A stretch of DNA of 64,000 nucleotides from Lama guanicoe (Eukaryota). Below are positions 13,561-25,720 of this stretch, piece by piece. Position 1 is the stretch's first letter. The number at the start of each line of letters is the position of its first letter. The notes under the pieces are model-generated. The model did no database searches, was not told where the DNA came from, and worked only from the letters and a program-made list of their open reading frames with translations. Made by a program: the position numbers and the translations under genes. The DNA lies in assembly GCA_013239625.1 (NCBI GenBank), contig MU053810.1, positions 1,995,518 to 2,059,517 of the forward strand, written 5' to 3'.

Positions 13561-15024
13561 GGCAGGGCGTGTTGGGGAGAGCCGGTGTTCCATGCTGAAG
13601 GTGTGGTACATGGGGCAGCCCTTGGACAGAGGAGTCCTCAGCCTGTGTGCACACCATGAGAGGAGAGCAGATTGCCTAGAGGGTGTGGGGTTGGAGGCTG
13701 GGGGCGTGGGAGCTCAGTGTGGTACCCTAGACACAGCTCACAATGCACATCCGAGACTAAGTTTGGAGCTTAGTCAAAGGATGAGCAGGACTGTGAGAGA
13801 TGTCTGCTCTCAAAGATGACCCTGTTTTGAGTTGGAGAGCAGGTCTGAAGGACGGAAAGCAGAAAGCAGAGGCACAGGCGTGGTAGGGAGGGCTGGTGCA
13901 GTCACCCTGGGGTGCGCAATGGTGGCTTAGCCTGGGAGTCATGCATGGCAGCGAGCAGGGGTGTTTCAAACATACTTTGGAGGTAGAAAAGGTGAGATGC
14001 ACTGATGGACAAAAGCTCAGGAGAGAGGACAAGGAGAAGATAAGAACCCCTGCTCCTCCCTCTCCCTGCCCCCCTCCTGCATAAATCCCACGGTCTGTTC
14101 ATGAATTTCATTATAGTACGTTTTTCATGGTGCCATCTCCCCGCCTAGGGTCGAACAGCAGCGAACCCCAAACAAATAAGCATTCCTATTTCAGACAGTG
14201 CTGGAAATAAGGAGCAGAAATATCTGAAATGCAATGCTTAAGTGACGCTTTCAATCATATAAGAAAGAAGAGCAGGAGGTAAAGGCGTTCCATCCATTTG
14301 TCATCAAACAGGAAACTGCGATTATAAGACAGTCCCACCTTCGACTACACAGACTGGTTTATGAGGAGAGACAGAACAGAAGTTTTTAAATGTTTTCTCA
14401 AAACCACCTTTAGAAGCGGGCTCCTCCCCCTTGCCAACCAGCAGCCAGTTGAAAAATGAAGCCTGCAAGTCCCTTCATCGCCTGCGTCTTTGCCACAGTC
14501 AATACCAGAAAGGCTTGTTCAATTTCAAGTCTGATCATTAAGTTAGCAGTGACTTAAGAGAAATGACTGTGCGCAGAGCTCCCTAACATCCTGCATTCTA
14601 AATCATCATCATGGCTCAAACGGATGCTGATCCAAGCACAAAAATCCCTCTTATATTTGCACTTCTGAATTAGAAGTGTCTGCCTGAATATTATTTTGTA
14701 CATGAATGTTAGTAACACAAGTCAAACTTCTTTTCTTCCCCATTATTTTTGTGTTGTTCTTCTCTCATTTTTAGCAACCACTATGAGGCTGGTTACCTTT
14801 AGACAGAGTTGCACAAGAAATGCGTCTTAAAAGTCTACTTTTTGTTCGGGAACCGTATTTGTCTGGGAGAAAAATGTCAGAAATTCAGAATATCTGAAAA
14901 GCATCTGGGTCACTTCTACGTAAAGCAAACAGAGGAAATGGTGCTTCCATCCCAGCAGTGGTAGCAGCTGTACCTCGGTCTGACTTCCGGTTTAAACGGG
15001 CTTCACAGCCAGGCACAGAGCAGA

Positions 15025-15345
15025 AAGGAGACTTGAATTGTGTCCTCCACCCTAAAAATTCTTACATTGAAGTCCTCACCTCCAGTACCTTAGATGTGAC
15101 CTTATTTGAAAACAGAGTCACCAGAGATGAAATTAGTTCAGACAAGGTCATGATGGAGTAGAGGGGTCCTCTAACCCAGCATGATCGGTGCCCTTATACC
15201 AGCCACGCACACAGGGCGAACACCACGTGGAGGTGAGAGTTACGCTGACACAAACCCAGGAAGCACCAGACGCTGGGAGGGACAGCTAGTCTTCGGAGGG
15301 GCTGTGTGGCACTTTGCCACGACAGCCCTGGAAATCTAACACAAG
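15025..15345 (+). mobile_element. MaLR solo LTR (MLT1B/C-like), partial
   Basis: TTGAATTGTGTCCTCC...GAAGTCCTCACCTCCAGTACCTTAGATGTGACCTTATTTGAAAACAGAGTC are diagnostic MLT1 5' motifs. Confidence 0.75.
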
Positions 15346-17574
15346 GACCTTGCACGTATCGCCCAGCACCGCCTTCTATGTTCTTCATCAAAAGATCCCT
15401 TTTTTCCACTACTCTGTTTTCTGCTTACTCACCAACACCTTTCCCTACTCAGAAGTGCCTCCTTGCCTCACCGGGGCTTCTCCAACCCGAGTGCATGTTA
15501 GAAACTTCTGGGTGACTCCGAGGGTCAGCCTGGGTAGAAGCCTGGAAAGTCAACTGCATGACCACACAGGGTAGATCACCTGGGCAAAGCCATCAACCCA
15601 GAGATGGACCCTGGGCTTCCCTGTTAGAAAGAGGGGTGGAACTAATGCAATATTTTGAGTGGAAATCCTGGTAGGATTTCCAGATTCACCTAAGTTCTGT
15701 TCACTCTAGGATTCGGGAATGATGAGACAATGAGTGGGATGGGACCTTCGGAAGATCGCTGACAAGATGAGCCAAAAAATGTCCTGAGCTCAGTGGGGAG
15801 AAGGGAGAATCCTATTGGAGAGAGTTAAATTAAATGTGTTCGGTAACAGAGGAGTGACCTCGTATTGAAAAGGGTTATTCCAAGCTCAGTAGAAGTTCTG
15901 CTAAGTAGTGAGCCTTCTAACCCCTCACCCATGGATTCATGGACAAAAGTATAAAACATGAGAATAAAAATTAAAGCGTCTATGACACTGAGAGTTCAAG
16001 TGCCAACAGAACTGGTACCAGCAATCGGGAATGAGAGCCCGCGCTCCCGGCAGAAGACTGCACGCTGATGAAGGGCGCAGTGAGCCTCGCTGCAGGCTTC
16101 TGGGAGCTGCGTCTGCAGCATCCTGCATCAGCCACACCAGCAGGACCACCAGCAAGTCCCACAAGGAGCGGGCAAACCATGGTGCCACGTGGCAAGAAGA
16201 ACTGTGTTCAGAGCACATGAGAAACATCTCAGAACTAACTTCTCCAGAGGAATTCAAGGAGGGGCTATGAGCAGGGCGGGGCTGTGGGGGAGAAACCAGA
16301 AAAAATATACTTACTTGTGATTCTTGGCATACTGATTTTATTCCCAGGAAAGGGACAAAGCTTTCTTCCTCACTGTTGCTGACATTAATGGAGAGACATA
16401 GCTCAGTGTCACTCACAATAAACCCAAATCGAATTAGGAGTACGTGTGAGGGCTCTGATTATCTGGGATGCCTTAACTAGCGGGCTCATGCCATTATTAT
16501 TTAAAAATCAATTTCATGAATGAATGCCTATTTTGTTAACACTCTTGCCTTTTCGAGGGAAGAAAATATACAAATATATGATTGATATGCTTCAAGAGTC
16601 CTTACAACTCAGTTCAAATTACAGCAGAAAAGATGGGCACAGAAGAGGAGAGAGATAAATGGAATCAAAGCTCTGAGAAGAAAGATGGTGTAATGCCATC
16701 AAGACCAAGAGACCCAACCAGTAAAACCAGGGGAAAAAAAAAAACCTAGCCCATTAAAAAATGTCTAAAAGCCATATGATATACTTCCAACTTCTCTAAC
16801 AAAGAAAAACATTTGCCTTTTATTAAGAATTACTCGTTATGATACTAGAAAAATTGAATCTCACAGGAAGTTGCTCAAGATTAAGTAAATTATTTTAAAA
16901 ACTATGGAAAGACATGAAAACTCTTGAATTCCATCTGGTCCCTTGCTCCTGTCAAAGCACTAGCTTGTGATTATGTCTGTAACCCCTCTGAACCCCCAAA
17001 AGCCCCAAATCAGTACAAGGTCATTGACAGCCCTCCCTTCTAAGCGCATGAATCTCCTTTCTTTAGCCCCAAGGACTCCAAATTTTTCCTCGTATTTCCC
17101 ATCATAAATTCTGTCACCATCTGTCACCGACGCCCTACTTACAAGGCTAAATGCTGAACTGTTGGCTTAAGGTCTTCTGACTGAGAAACGGGTGTGTGTT
17201 TCTCATTTCTGACCCACTGGGTTTGGACACAGTGTCCCTGTGAGGGAACACTGGCTCCCAGGTCTGACTGGGCTTTTACAGCTGCCGAAGGGTGTGGGAC
17301 CCAGTTTGGCCCCATGGGGACGAAGGGGCAGGAGAAGGGAATGCCACTCAGCAAGGACTGGGATGTCCCCAGCTGCACGTGTGGTGTCGGTGGAAGGGGG
17401 AAATATTGAACAGGAAGGCACAGACACACTATAGAGCGAGCAGAACCCCCAGGATTATGCTGCGATCAAAACTCTACACTCTAGCCAATCAGAATATCAG
17501 CCCACAAGGTGTGATATGGAGGAGGAACGTGTCAACAAGCTAACCATTGTGTTCAGACTTCCTTAAACTTAAAC

Positions 17575-17640
17575 AAGGGAGGAAGGAAGGAAGGAAGGAA
17601 GGAAGGAAGGAAGGAAAGAAGAAAGAAAGAAAGAAAAAAA

Positions 17641-17700
<60 letters not shown>

Positions 17701-17817
17701 AAAAAAGAAAGAAAGAAAGAAAGAAAGAAAAGAAAGAAAGAAAAGAAAAGAAAAGAAAAGAAAGAAAGGGAGGGGAAGGGGAGGAGAAAAGAAAAGGAAA
17801 AGAAAAAGGGGAAAAAG
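17575..17817. repeat. 243-bp pure polypurine compound microsatellite (GGAA)n(GAAA)n(GAAAA)n
   Basis: Only A and G on the + strand throughout. Confidence 0.97.
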
Positions 17818-20654
17818 CCCTTGCTACATCATCTTCTCTCTACCAGCCTAGAAGCTTTGTGTCACATGCTACTTTCTGTAATCGGTATTATTAAAACATA
17901 GGCATATAAAAAAATCAGCTACAAACACCACCTCCTCCTCCATGCCATCATATTCTTTCTTTTCTGTTGGGAGTCTCACAGCTTAGACAAGAAAACAGTA
18001 GCCTTCTCCTGGACACAATGTTGCTCGCTTGCAGTAGGTATGAAATGAGGGAAAGGGGTGTCCTCACCCAGAGAGGATGGTGTCATGTCACACTTGGAGC
18101 AGGGAGGCGGTCATAAAATGACTCCTGACACCACAGAGAATGTTTTCAGCTCAGTCTCAAAGTTACTTTTCCCAAGAAAAGGAGAAAAATTAGGACCCCA
18201 GTTCCCATCCCTGCTAAGCAAGTGGGTCAGAGATGCCGTTGAGTAAGAGACGCAGATGAACAGAGAAGAGGTGTGGTACCAGCACGTCAGGGACCACACC
18301 GTCCCTGCGGTGATAAACCACCGCAGTGGGGGTTTTTGCAGAATGCCGGATGGAGAATAAAGCACTTGGTAAGCAAATGGATGAAAACACAGTATTTAGG
18401 GTGAACTATGAGATTTTTGGCATAGGCTCAGGCTAAAGCTTTGGATTTTTTTTAAGCTTAAAAATAGTTATTTCTGTATCTCTGTGTATGTACATTAGTC
18501 TGTTTCAGTACAGATTGACAGAAGATGAGTCTGGCGCAGGACTCCCCACACAGAATCAGCAGAGCATGAATCATATAAGATGAAATAAGAGAATTTCCCA
18601 GCCGGACTTGGCTAAGGATGCCATCCCTTTCTAGTGAGGAAGAACTGAAAGTTCAGACGTTGATATCACAGCATCATCGTCTAGTACGGCTGGTTCTCCG
18701 CACAGCTGTACTTCAGTTCACTGTATGGTGAGCTGTTATTCGCACTCCATAACTTAGTCCTGTTTCAAATAAATTTATTGGAAACCTTCTGTTGACCATT
18801 AAGTGTGCTAGGTGGGCCCTGGAGATATGAAAAATACGAGTTCAATCATTCTCAAAATCCTTTTATCTTTTTACAACTCCTAGTTAAATCCTCCTCCAAA
18901 TATTGCCATAATAAGCAAGGTGGAGCCCATAGGACCAGTCACAACGTGAGTGGCCAGAGAGAATGTGCAAAATAGGGCAGCATCTCAGCTGTAAATTTCT
19001 GCCTCAAAGGTTTTGTCCAACCAGGAGTGCTACATGTCAAAGATGCATTTGCTTTTTTCATGATTGACTCTTTCCATGAATTACTTCTCCGCTTGTTTTT
19101 GGTAAGCATACAATCCATAAAAATGGTATTTTAAAAGTTCAAAGGCACTTTGGAAATCAGATCCCTCAAGCACATTTTGGACCTTCTGAAATGTTCAGGT
19201 GGCTATTTTTGAATTGTACTCATTAACACATGCTCGTCTACTGAACATGGAGCAGCCATGGTTGTACTAATGTTTAGGTGATCTAACAACCTGGAAATCT
19301 GGGGATTTCTAACACCTTGCTTTCATCTCTGGGCAAAACTATGAGCATTCATTAAAATGAAAATCAAACTTAAATATCTTGGACAATTTCAAGCTGTGAA
19401 CATCAACCATATGTGCAAACCTGGGCAAGTTTTGTCTCTGTGGGATTTTGTGAGTGGGAGGAGGATATGGCTGATCAGATGACTGGACAGATGTTCAGAA
19501 AGATCCTGACATGGGAAGACAACCTGCATCCACTTCAGCCTCCTTAGAGGCAAACAGAATGAACAAACAAAGCCTGGAGGTAAGGCAAGGAAAGTCAATC
19601 GCTGGCTGGATGATAAAGCAACTTAAAGACGCAAGATCCAATTAATAGCAAAACACATTTTCCCCCCTTAGGAACAAAAACACTTACTAAGAAAGAAAAA
19701 TTATGGTGGTGGTGCCTAGTAAATGTGTACCCACCCCACTGGGTTTGAACGCAGAACAGATTCTCAAATCCATACCTTGCAGTTGATGTAAAAACAAAAG
19801 GCTAAGATTCAATCTGTACAGATCAGAAGTAACCTTTCCTCAGTCTTTGGTCTCCAAAGAAAGGTTGTGGGTAATGTTTTGTTCTGCTTTCAATGACTCA
19901 CAAGTGCCTATGGAGGAAATGATCTATGAAAAGAAGCTGATGAAGGCTGCTTGGAAACCCCAGAAGAAAGTGAAAGAAAGTCTTAAAGAATCTTTGTTAC
20001 ATGTTATTCTGTAGGGGATCTTTTTCACTAAGTTTTCTTACTCTGGGCATCAGAATTATGACTGTACAGGACCAACAGAGTTCACAGTGGGTTCAATTGG
20101 TTAGAAAAGTGGCTGCCATGACATTTTTTATAACATCATTAAACAACTCACCTGGGTACCAACTGGGTAGAACCATTCCCACCTGTCTTCTCAGGGTCCA
20201 CACTTCTAGCTCTCCAAAACCAACCAGCTTCTAACTTTTCTGAGTTACATAGCGACAGATTTTAATAGATGAGAAGTGTCACTGGAGCTGATCTCAAATC
20301 CCCATCAGGCAGTGATGAGGATTAGTCAAAAAAAAAAGATATGTTTTACCAAACCATGTGGCTGCTTTCTTTACACAAGATACCTTGTTCTAGGACCTCC
20401 CCTTCCTTGGCCAAACCCCTCGCTTTGCTTTGACCTGAGTCTGCTTCCAAAAAAATATGTGTTGCCAAAATAAATGCTTGTAGGCTCAATTAAGAATTAA
20501 TGAGATTTTCCTGTTTTTTTACTCCCCAAGATGGGTGCTTATCTCTTTATCATTTTCCTAAATAAGCCATTAGAGATTCTTCAATAAGCTAGCAATTCTC
20601 TGCTGCTTTTAATTCCCTAAATCATATTTCATATTAAAAATAAGTAAATAAGGT

Positions 20655-21125
20655 GTATACTTAGGTTCACACAAAAATCTGCACACAAATATTTATAGAA
20701 GTTTTATTCATAACTGCCAATAAACTCGGACTAGTCCAAAGGGCCTTCACCTGCTGAGCAGATAAACACGTGTATACAATGGAATGTTACACAGCAGGCT
20801 TTTTTTAATCACTCCTCAGCCTTGGGAAGACGTGTATACGCCTACAATGCATTATGCTCAGTGAAAGAAGGGACTCAAAAGGCTCTATGCTATACGATTC
20901 AATTTTTACATGACGCTCTGCAAAATGCACAATCCTAGGGCCAGGAAACAAATCAGCGATTATCAGGGGAGCTGGGGAAGGGCTAAATACAAAGGAACGA
21001 AGGAACACGGGAGAAGTAGAGCGCTAATAGGACTGTTCTTTGTATTGGTCACACAACTGCATGTAATTGTCAAAGGTGAGATTTTACTATATGTAAATTA
21101 CATCTAAATAAAAAGGTTTTAAAAC
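20655..21125 (+). mobile_element. Old L1 (L1MB/MC/MD-like) 3' region
   Basis: CACACAAAAATCTGCACACAAATATTTATAG...CATTATGCTCAGTGAAAGAAG...ATGTAAATTACATCTAAATAAAA; collinear L1M 3' UTR motifs ending in a polyA signal. Confidence 0.75.
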
Positions 21126-22854
21126 AAATTAATAACTGGATTCCATTTGAAATGAGAAGCACAAAATAACAGGGTACATGAGAACTGAAAAGAAATATGA
21201 TGCTGTCTGAGTCTGAACGTACCTGTGGTTGATGGCATGGAAGTCTCCAGTCCTAAGGGCAGGACTAATGAGATCAAGAGGTTATAGGAAAAAATTAATT
21301 TAAAAAAATAGAAGGATAAAGTGAATACAATTTCTTCCTCCCTCAATGTTTGCTCCCTTATGGGTGCCTGCTCACGGCTTATCTTCTTAAGACAGGACTT
21401 GTAGAAGGGCAGATAGATCTAAACCTATGAGTTACTCTAGAGACCCCTTGCAGAAGTTGGTGTAAATGGAAGGCATGATGCCATAAGGTATTACAACTGG
21501 CAGGTGTGTTTCTAGGCGGGACTTCAAATTTTGCCTCCTACAAAGCAGGTCAGTAATGGAACTCTTGGTTCTCACCAGAGTGTGGAAATCAGTGGCCAAG
21601 AGGCATATGCAGAAGGGAAATGGTTGCTCAAGATCAACTCATCCCTTCCTTGTTGCAGGGCCAGCCCTGGACAAACTTTAGAAATCAATGACTTGAGTCT
21701 TTGGTCTGCTGCTTTTTCCATAACTCCCTTCCCAATCACCTTGCCCCTTGTCTTAAGTGATTACCATCTTCAAGAGAGAGAGAGGGGGACAGGGCTCAGA
21801 TTTGCCCTTCCCACCAAGTCCACCAGCTGGGCTTTAGGAGAGAAGTGACTTAATGATTAAACTGCTTCACATTAAAATATAAAGAACAGAAAGAATATTT
21901 TGATTCTTCCAGAGGATGTATAATTAAAAAGAAATGCATCACTGAGTCAGAAGGAAAACTAATACTTTATCCAGTTTAACACGGCTTATTTTACATAAAT
22001 ACATTTCAGCCTAAGATAAAGTTTCTCGCCCAAGACAAGAATCTTTTTAGCGTGAGTGAATGACAAATTTATAACAAAGTAGAAAAAAAAAAAGAAAGAA
22101 AGAAAAAGAAAAGATAGAAAAGAAAAGAAACTACTAAAAGAAGCAAGATTTTTATGTTCTGTGTTCGTGAACAAAGTTAATGATTTGGACAGAATTAATT
22201 CCTCTTGTCTCAAGTTGTAGCCCCTTTAATTTTTCTCTTCTTGTTCTCCATCCTACAATCTTTACATAAACAATGGGAAGGGCTTACATATGTAAATTAT
22301 CAACGCTTGCAAATGAATCCATGAGACAAAACTCTGGCTTTTTTTTTTCCATTTCAAATCAGTAGGAATTTGCAGTGATCTCCTTGCACAATTTCCCCAG
22401 ACTCCAGTCATTAGGGCATTACCTTCACAATTTTTGCCACACCCGAGATCACAGTTCTCAGATGTCCTTAATATTTTTTATTTCTCCTTAGCTGAAATTC
22501 CTTTAAAAGGAAGCATTATACTACTACTTAAAATTGGGGGGAAGGATGAATAATTAATTAAAATAAATATGCCATGCTTAAGAAGAATCTGAGAACATGA
22601 AGATCAGCCCTGTTGGGAGCCAGACCGGATGTGCCTAACAGAGCATCAGCAATGCATCTCACAGAACCCACGCAAAGCCACATGGCGGCTGCAAACGGCC
22701 AATGGTTCTGTCTTTTAAATGATCAGGGCTTTCTTACAATTACTATTCCCAACACCACCTCATTCCCTCCATCCTCTGAGCAAAGATCACTGAGATACCA
22801 TTTGCCAAATTTGACAGCAACAATCCAGACCTGAGCTATGCTCACTCAGCCCCT

Positions 22855-23283
22855 TCCTCGGTCCCTGGAACAGCTGTCCCAAAGTGCCACAAACTGGGTG
22901 CTTCGAACAACAGAAATGGGTCCTCTCACAGTTCTGGAGGCTGGAAGGTATCACTGGGGCCACCCTCTTGCTCGCCCCTTGTAGCTTTTGGTGTTGGCCG
23001 ACAGTCCTGGGCACTCCCGACCTTGGAGATGCTTCACCTCACTTACATGGCCTCTTCTCCCTGTGCCTTCACATCATCTTCCGTCAGTGAGTCTGTCTCT
23101 GTGCCCACACATCCCCTTTTTATAAGGACACCAGTCATACTGGATTGGGATTCACCCTCATGACCTAATTTTAACTTGATTACTTGTGTAAAGACCTGAT
23201 TTCCAAATAAGGTGACATTCTCAGATACTAGGGATTACGATTTCAACATATCTTTTTGGGGATGAAGATCATTAAACCTGTAA
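22855..23283 (-). mobile_element. MaLR solo LTR (MLT1B/C-like)
   Basis: CCACAAACTGGGTGCTTCGAACAACAGAAAT...CTCACAGTTCTGGAGGCTGGAAG...TATAAGGACACCAGTCATACTGGATT...TTCCAAATAAGGTGACATTC. Confidence 0.85.
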
Positions 23284-23664
23284 GAAGCCCTTCTTAGAAC
23301 CTTCAGCAAAAGCCCAAACTCTGTAATAGGTGGAACCCAACTCACCTACTGAGATGCTCCACGTTCTCTGGGCACCCTCCCTTCTACAGGGAGTTGATCT
23401 ATCTCAGCACTGACTTCAGATGTGCTCCAGGCAGCCTTTGACTGCTGGACTTCGGAAGTTCTAGTATCATTTCAGGTTGTCTTACACACGACCATGATAT
23501 ACGCACCACACTTTGCTAAACTCTGCTCTAACTAGCCTGGTCTACGTGCAGTGCTCACCAAGTACGTATGCTGGTGGCACGATGGTGACGGTGTATAACC
23601 AAATCACAAAACACACACCCAGCATTCAATCAGAAGCACCTCTTGTCTACTATCTGTAAGTTAC

Positions 23665-23820
23665 AGATTCTTTCTAGCCCCCAGTCATCGTATCTGTAAA
23701 ATAAGGGCATAATAGCACCTACTTTATCTGTGCTGAAGATGATGTGAAGTGACGCATACAAAGTGCTCACTCTGCACGGCCTGGGCACAAGCTAATTATT
23801 CAATTAACATTGGCAATAAT
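23665..23820 (+). mobile_element. MIR SINE
   Basis: CAGTCATCGTATCTGTAAAATAAGGGCATAATAGCACCTAC...AAAGTGCTC...GCCTGGGCACA matches the MIR core and 3' end. Confidence 0.7.
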
Positions 23821-24825
23821 CATGATGATTGATAGTGATCATAGTTACTAGCTTAAAATTGTTGGGAGAATATCAGAAATACTAATTTCTGGAACTTCCC
23901 AGGGTCAATAAAATTTCAGAATAATGGTGCTAGACTGGTCGTTAGAGATCCTGGTCCAGCTTCTCCGTCTGTTGACGGAAGAAGCTGAGCACCCGATGGG
24001 CTGAGTGTCACATCACAGGAGACCACCTAGAAGTGTCTGTGGTTCTCATTGTCATCAACACTCAAAATCAAAGAGCTTTGTGGAACTCACATTAGACACA
24101 ACCTTATATACATCCTCTTTCCTGAAAACAAAGCACAGCCTAATGAATTGTTTCCTATCTGATTCTAGTTTTCTATCAATTCCTTCAAATGTCAATGTTA
24201 AATCCTCAGTAGGAGGATTTAATCACACCGAGGGTAGAAACCAGGAATGTGGCCACAATCCTGCTTATATGAAGCATAATAAAGTCACTTTTAGAAGTGA
24301 ATTATATTGAAATGCCACTTATTTTCATTCCCCTACCTGGCCAAGCAAATAAATGAAATTAAGTTTTATAACTAACTTTTAAAATCCTAGAATGCAGAAT
24401 TTTTCTAGTCTTCTAAATTTAAACACATTCCAAACATCCAAAAGGAAGTGGGAGGAATGCGTTATTCTCAAAGAAAAGGAGGAAATTAAAAAGTATAAAA
24501 TCTCTGTATCTCTTTAAATTGTATTAACTCTCTGTTGGTAAAATAACCTTTTACAAGGTATAAGGTAATTCTTAGTATTTTTCTTTTCCCCCTGGTCTCA
24601 GGAAGTCAGAATTGAGCCCGGCACTAAATGCAACACAAAGATGTAGCAACATCATGACTTTGGTTCCTGGTCTGATCTGTTGCACATGCCTTTCTTCTCT
24701 TCTCTGTCCTTCCTCCCTTCTGACTCCTTCTTTGCCATGACCTAGGATCTTGTGCTCTGTCATTTATTCCCCTAGTAATTGAGGCTGTACTTACGGACGA
24801 GGTGCTGGCAAAGTGAACTGGAAAG

Positions 24826-25183
24826 CTGTCACGGGCTCTCCCAAATTCACACACTGAAGTCCTAACCCCCAGTGCCTCAGAACGTGACCCTATTTTGAGA
24901 CTGAGACTCTAAAGTGGTAATTAAGGTAAAATAGGGTCATTCAGCGAGGCCCTAACCCAATATGACCAGTGTCCTTGTAAGAAGAGGCAATTAGGATACA
25001 GACAACACAGTCAGAGAAGATGGCTAATCTACAAGCCAAGGAGGGAGGGACCACAGGAGAAACCAAACCTGCCAACACCTTGATCTCAGAATTCTAGCCT
25101 CCAGAATTGAGAGAAAATAAATTTCTGTGCTTAAACCACACTGTCTGTGATATTTTGTGATGGCAACTGTAACAGGCTAATAC
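24826..25183 (+). mobile_element. MaLR solo LTR (MLT1B-like)
   Basis: GAAGTCCTAACCCCCAGTGCCTCAGAACGTGACC...CCAATATGACCAGTGTCCTTGTAAGAAGAGG...CACCTTGATCTCAGAATTCTAGCCTCCAGAA...AATAAATTTCTG...CTAATACA end. Confidence 0.88.
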
Positions 25184-25189
25184 AAAGGC

Positions 25190-25720
25190 ACAATTCCTAC
25201 ATCAGAGGGGTCACGATTTAGAGGGAAGGGCAGCAGGGAACAGAAAATTACACTGTGGGAATTGCTGTAGCAATTGGAACAAGGAGGTGTGAGAGAAAGA
25301 GCCGCACTGAAGGCGCGAGACATCAGAGAAGTCTTCCTGGAGGAGGAGGAGCTACCAGGCATTGCAGAACGAAGAAACAGCCTGTGCTAAGACAGTGACA
25401 GAGTTACAACACACAGAGTGGGAAAGTGAACAGTTTGTTATAACTAAGATGGGGGTTGAAGGTGGGAGGGGAAAGTAAAGAAGGGGCTGGAGGAGCAGGA
25501 GAGGGCCAGCTCAGAAGAGACTTGATTTGCTTGCTGAGGCGGTTAGCTTGGCTCCACGGGGCAAAGGGTGACCACTGAGGCATTTCAGCTGGTGAGAGAG
25601 TGACAGTCAAAGATCACTCCAGACGGATGATAGAGAACAGACAGAGGTGATCCTGGAGACAAAGTGACCCATTAAACCAACCTGGAGGGGATAATGAGGA
25701 TCTGAGTTAAGGCACCAGCT
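25190..25720 (-). mobile_element. Degenerate L2
   Basis: CATCAGAGAAGTCTTCCTGGAGGAGG, CAGCCTGTGCTAAGAC and AAAGATCACTCCAG are typical antisense L2 motifs. Confidence 0.55.

Noticed and set aside
13213..13819. Overlapping ORFs up to 162 aa
   Set aside because: They span TG/CA microsatellites and GA-rich sequence, and show no recognisable domain.
17547..17894. 115-aa Lys/Glu/Arg-rich ORF
   Set aside because: Translation of the purine microsatellite.
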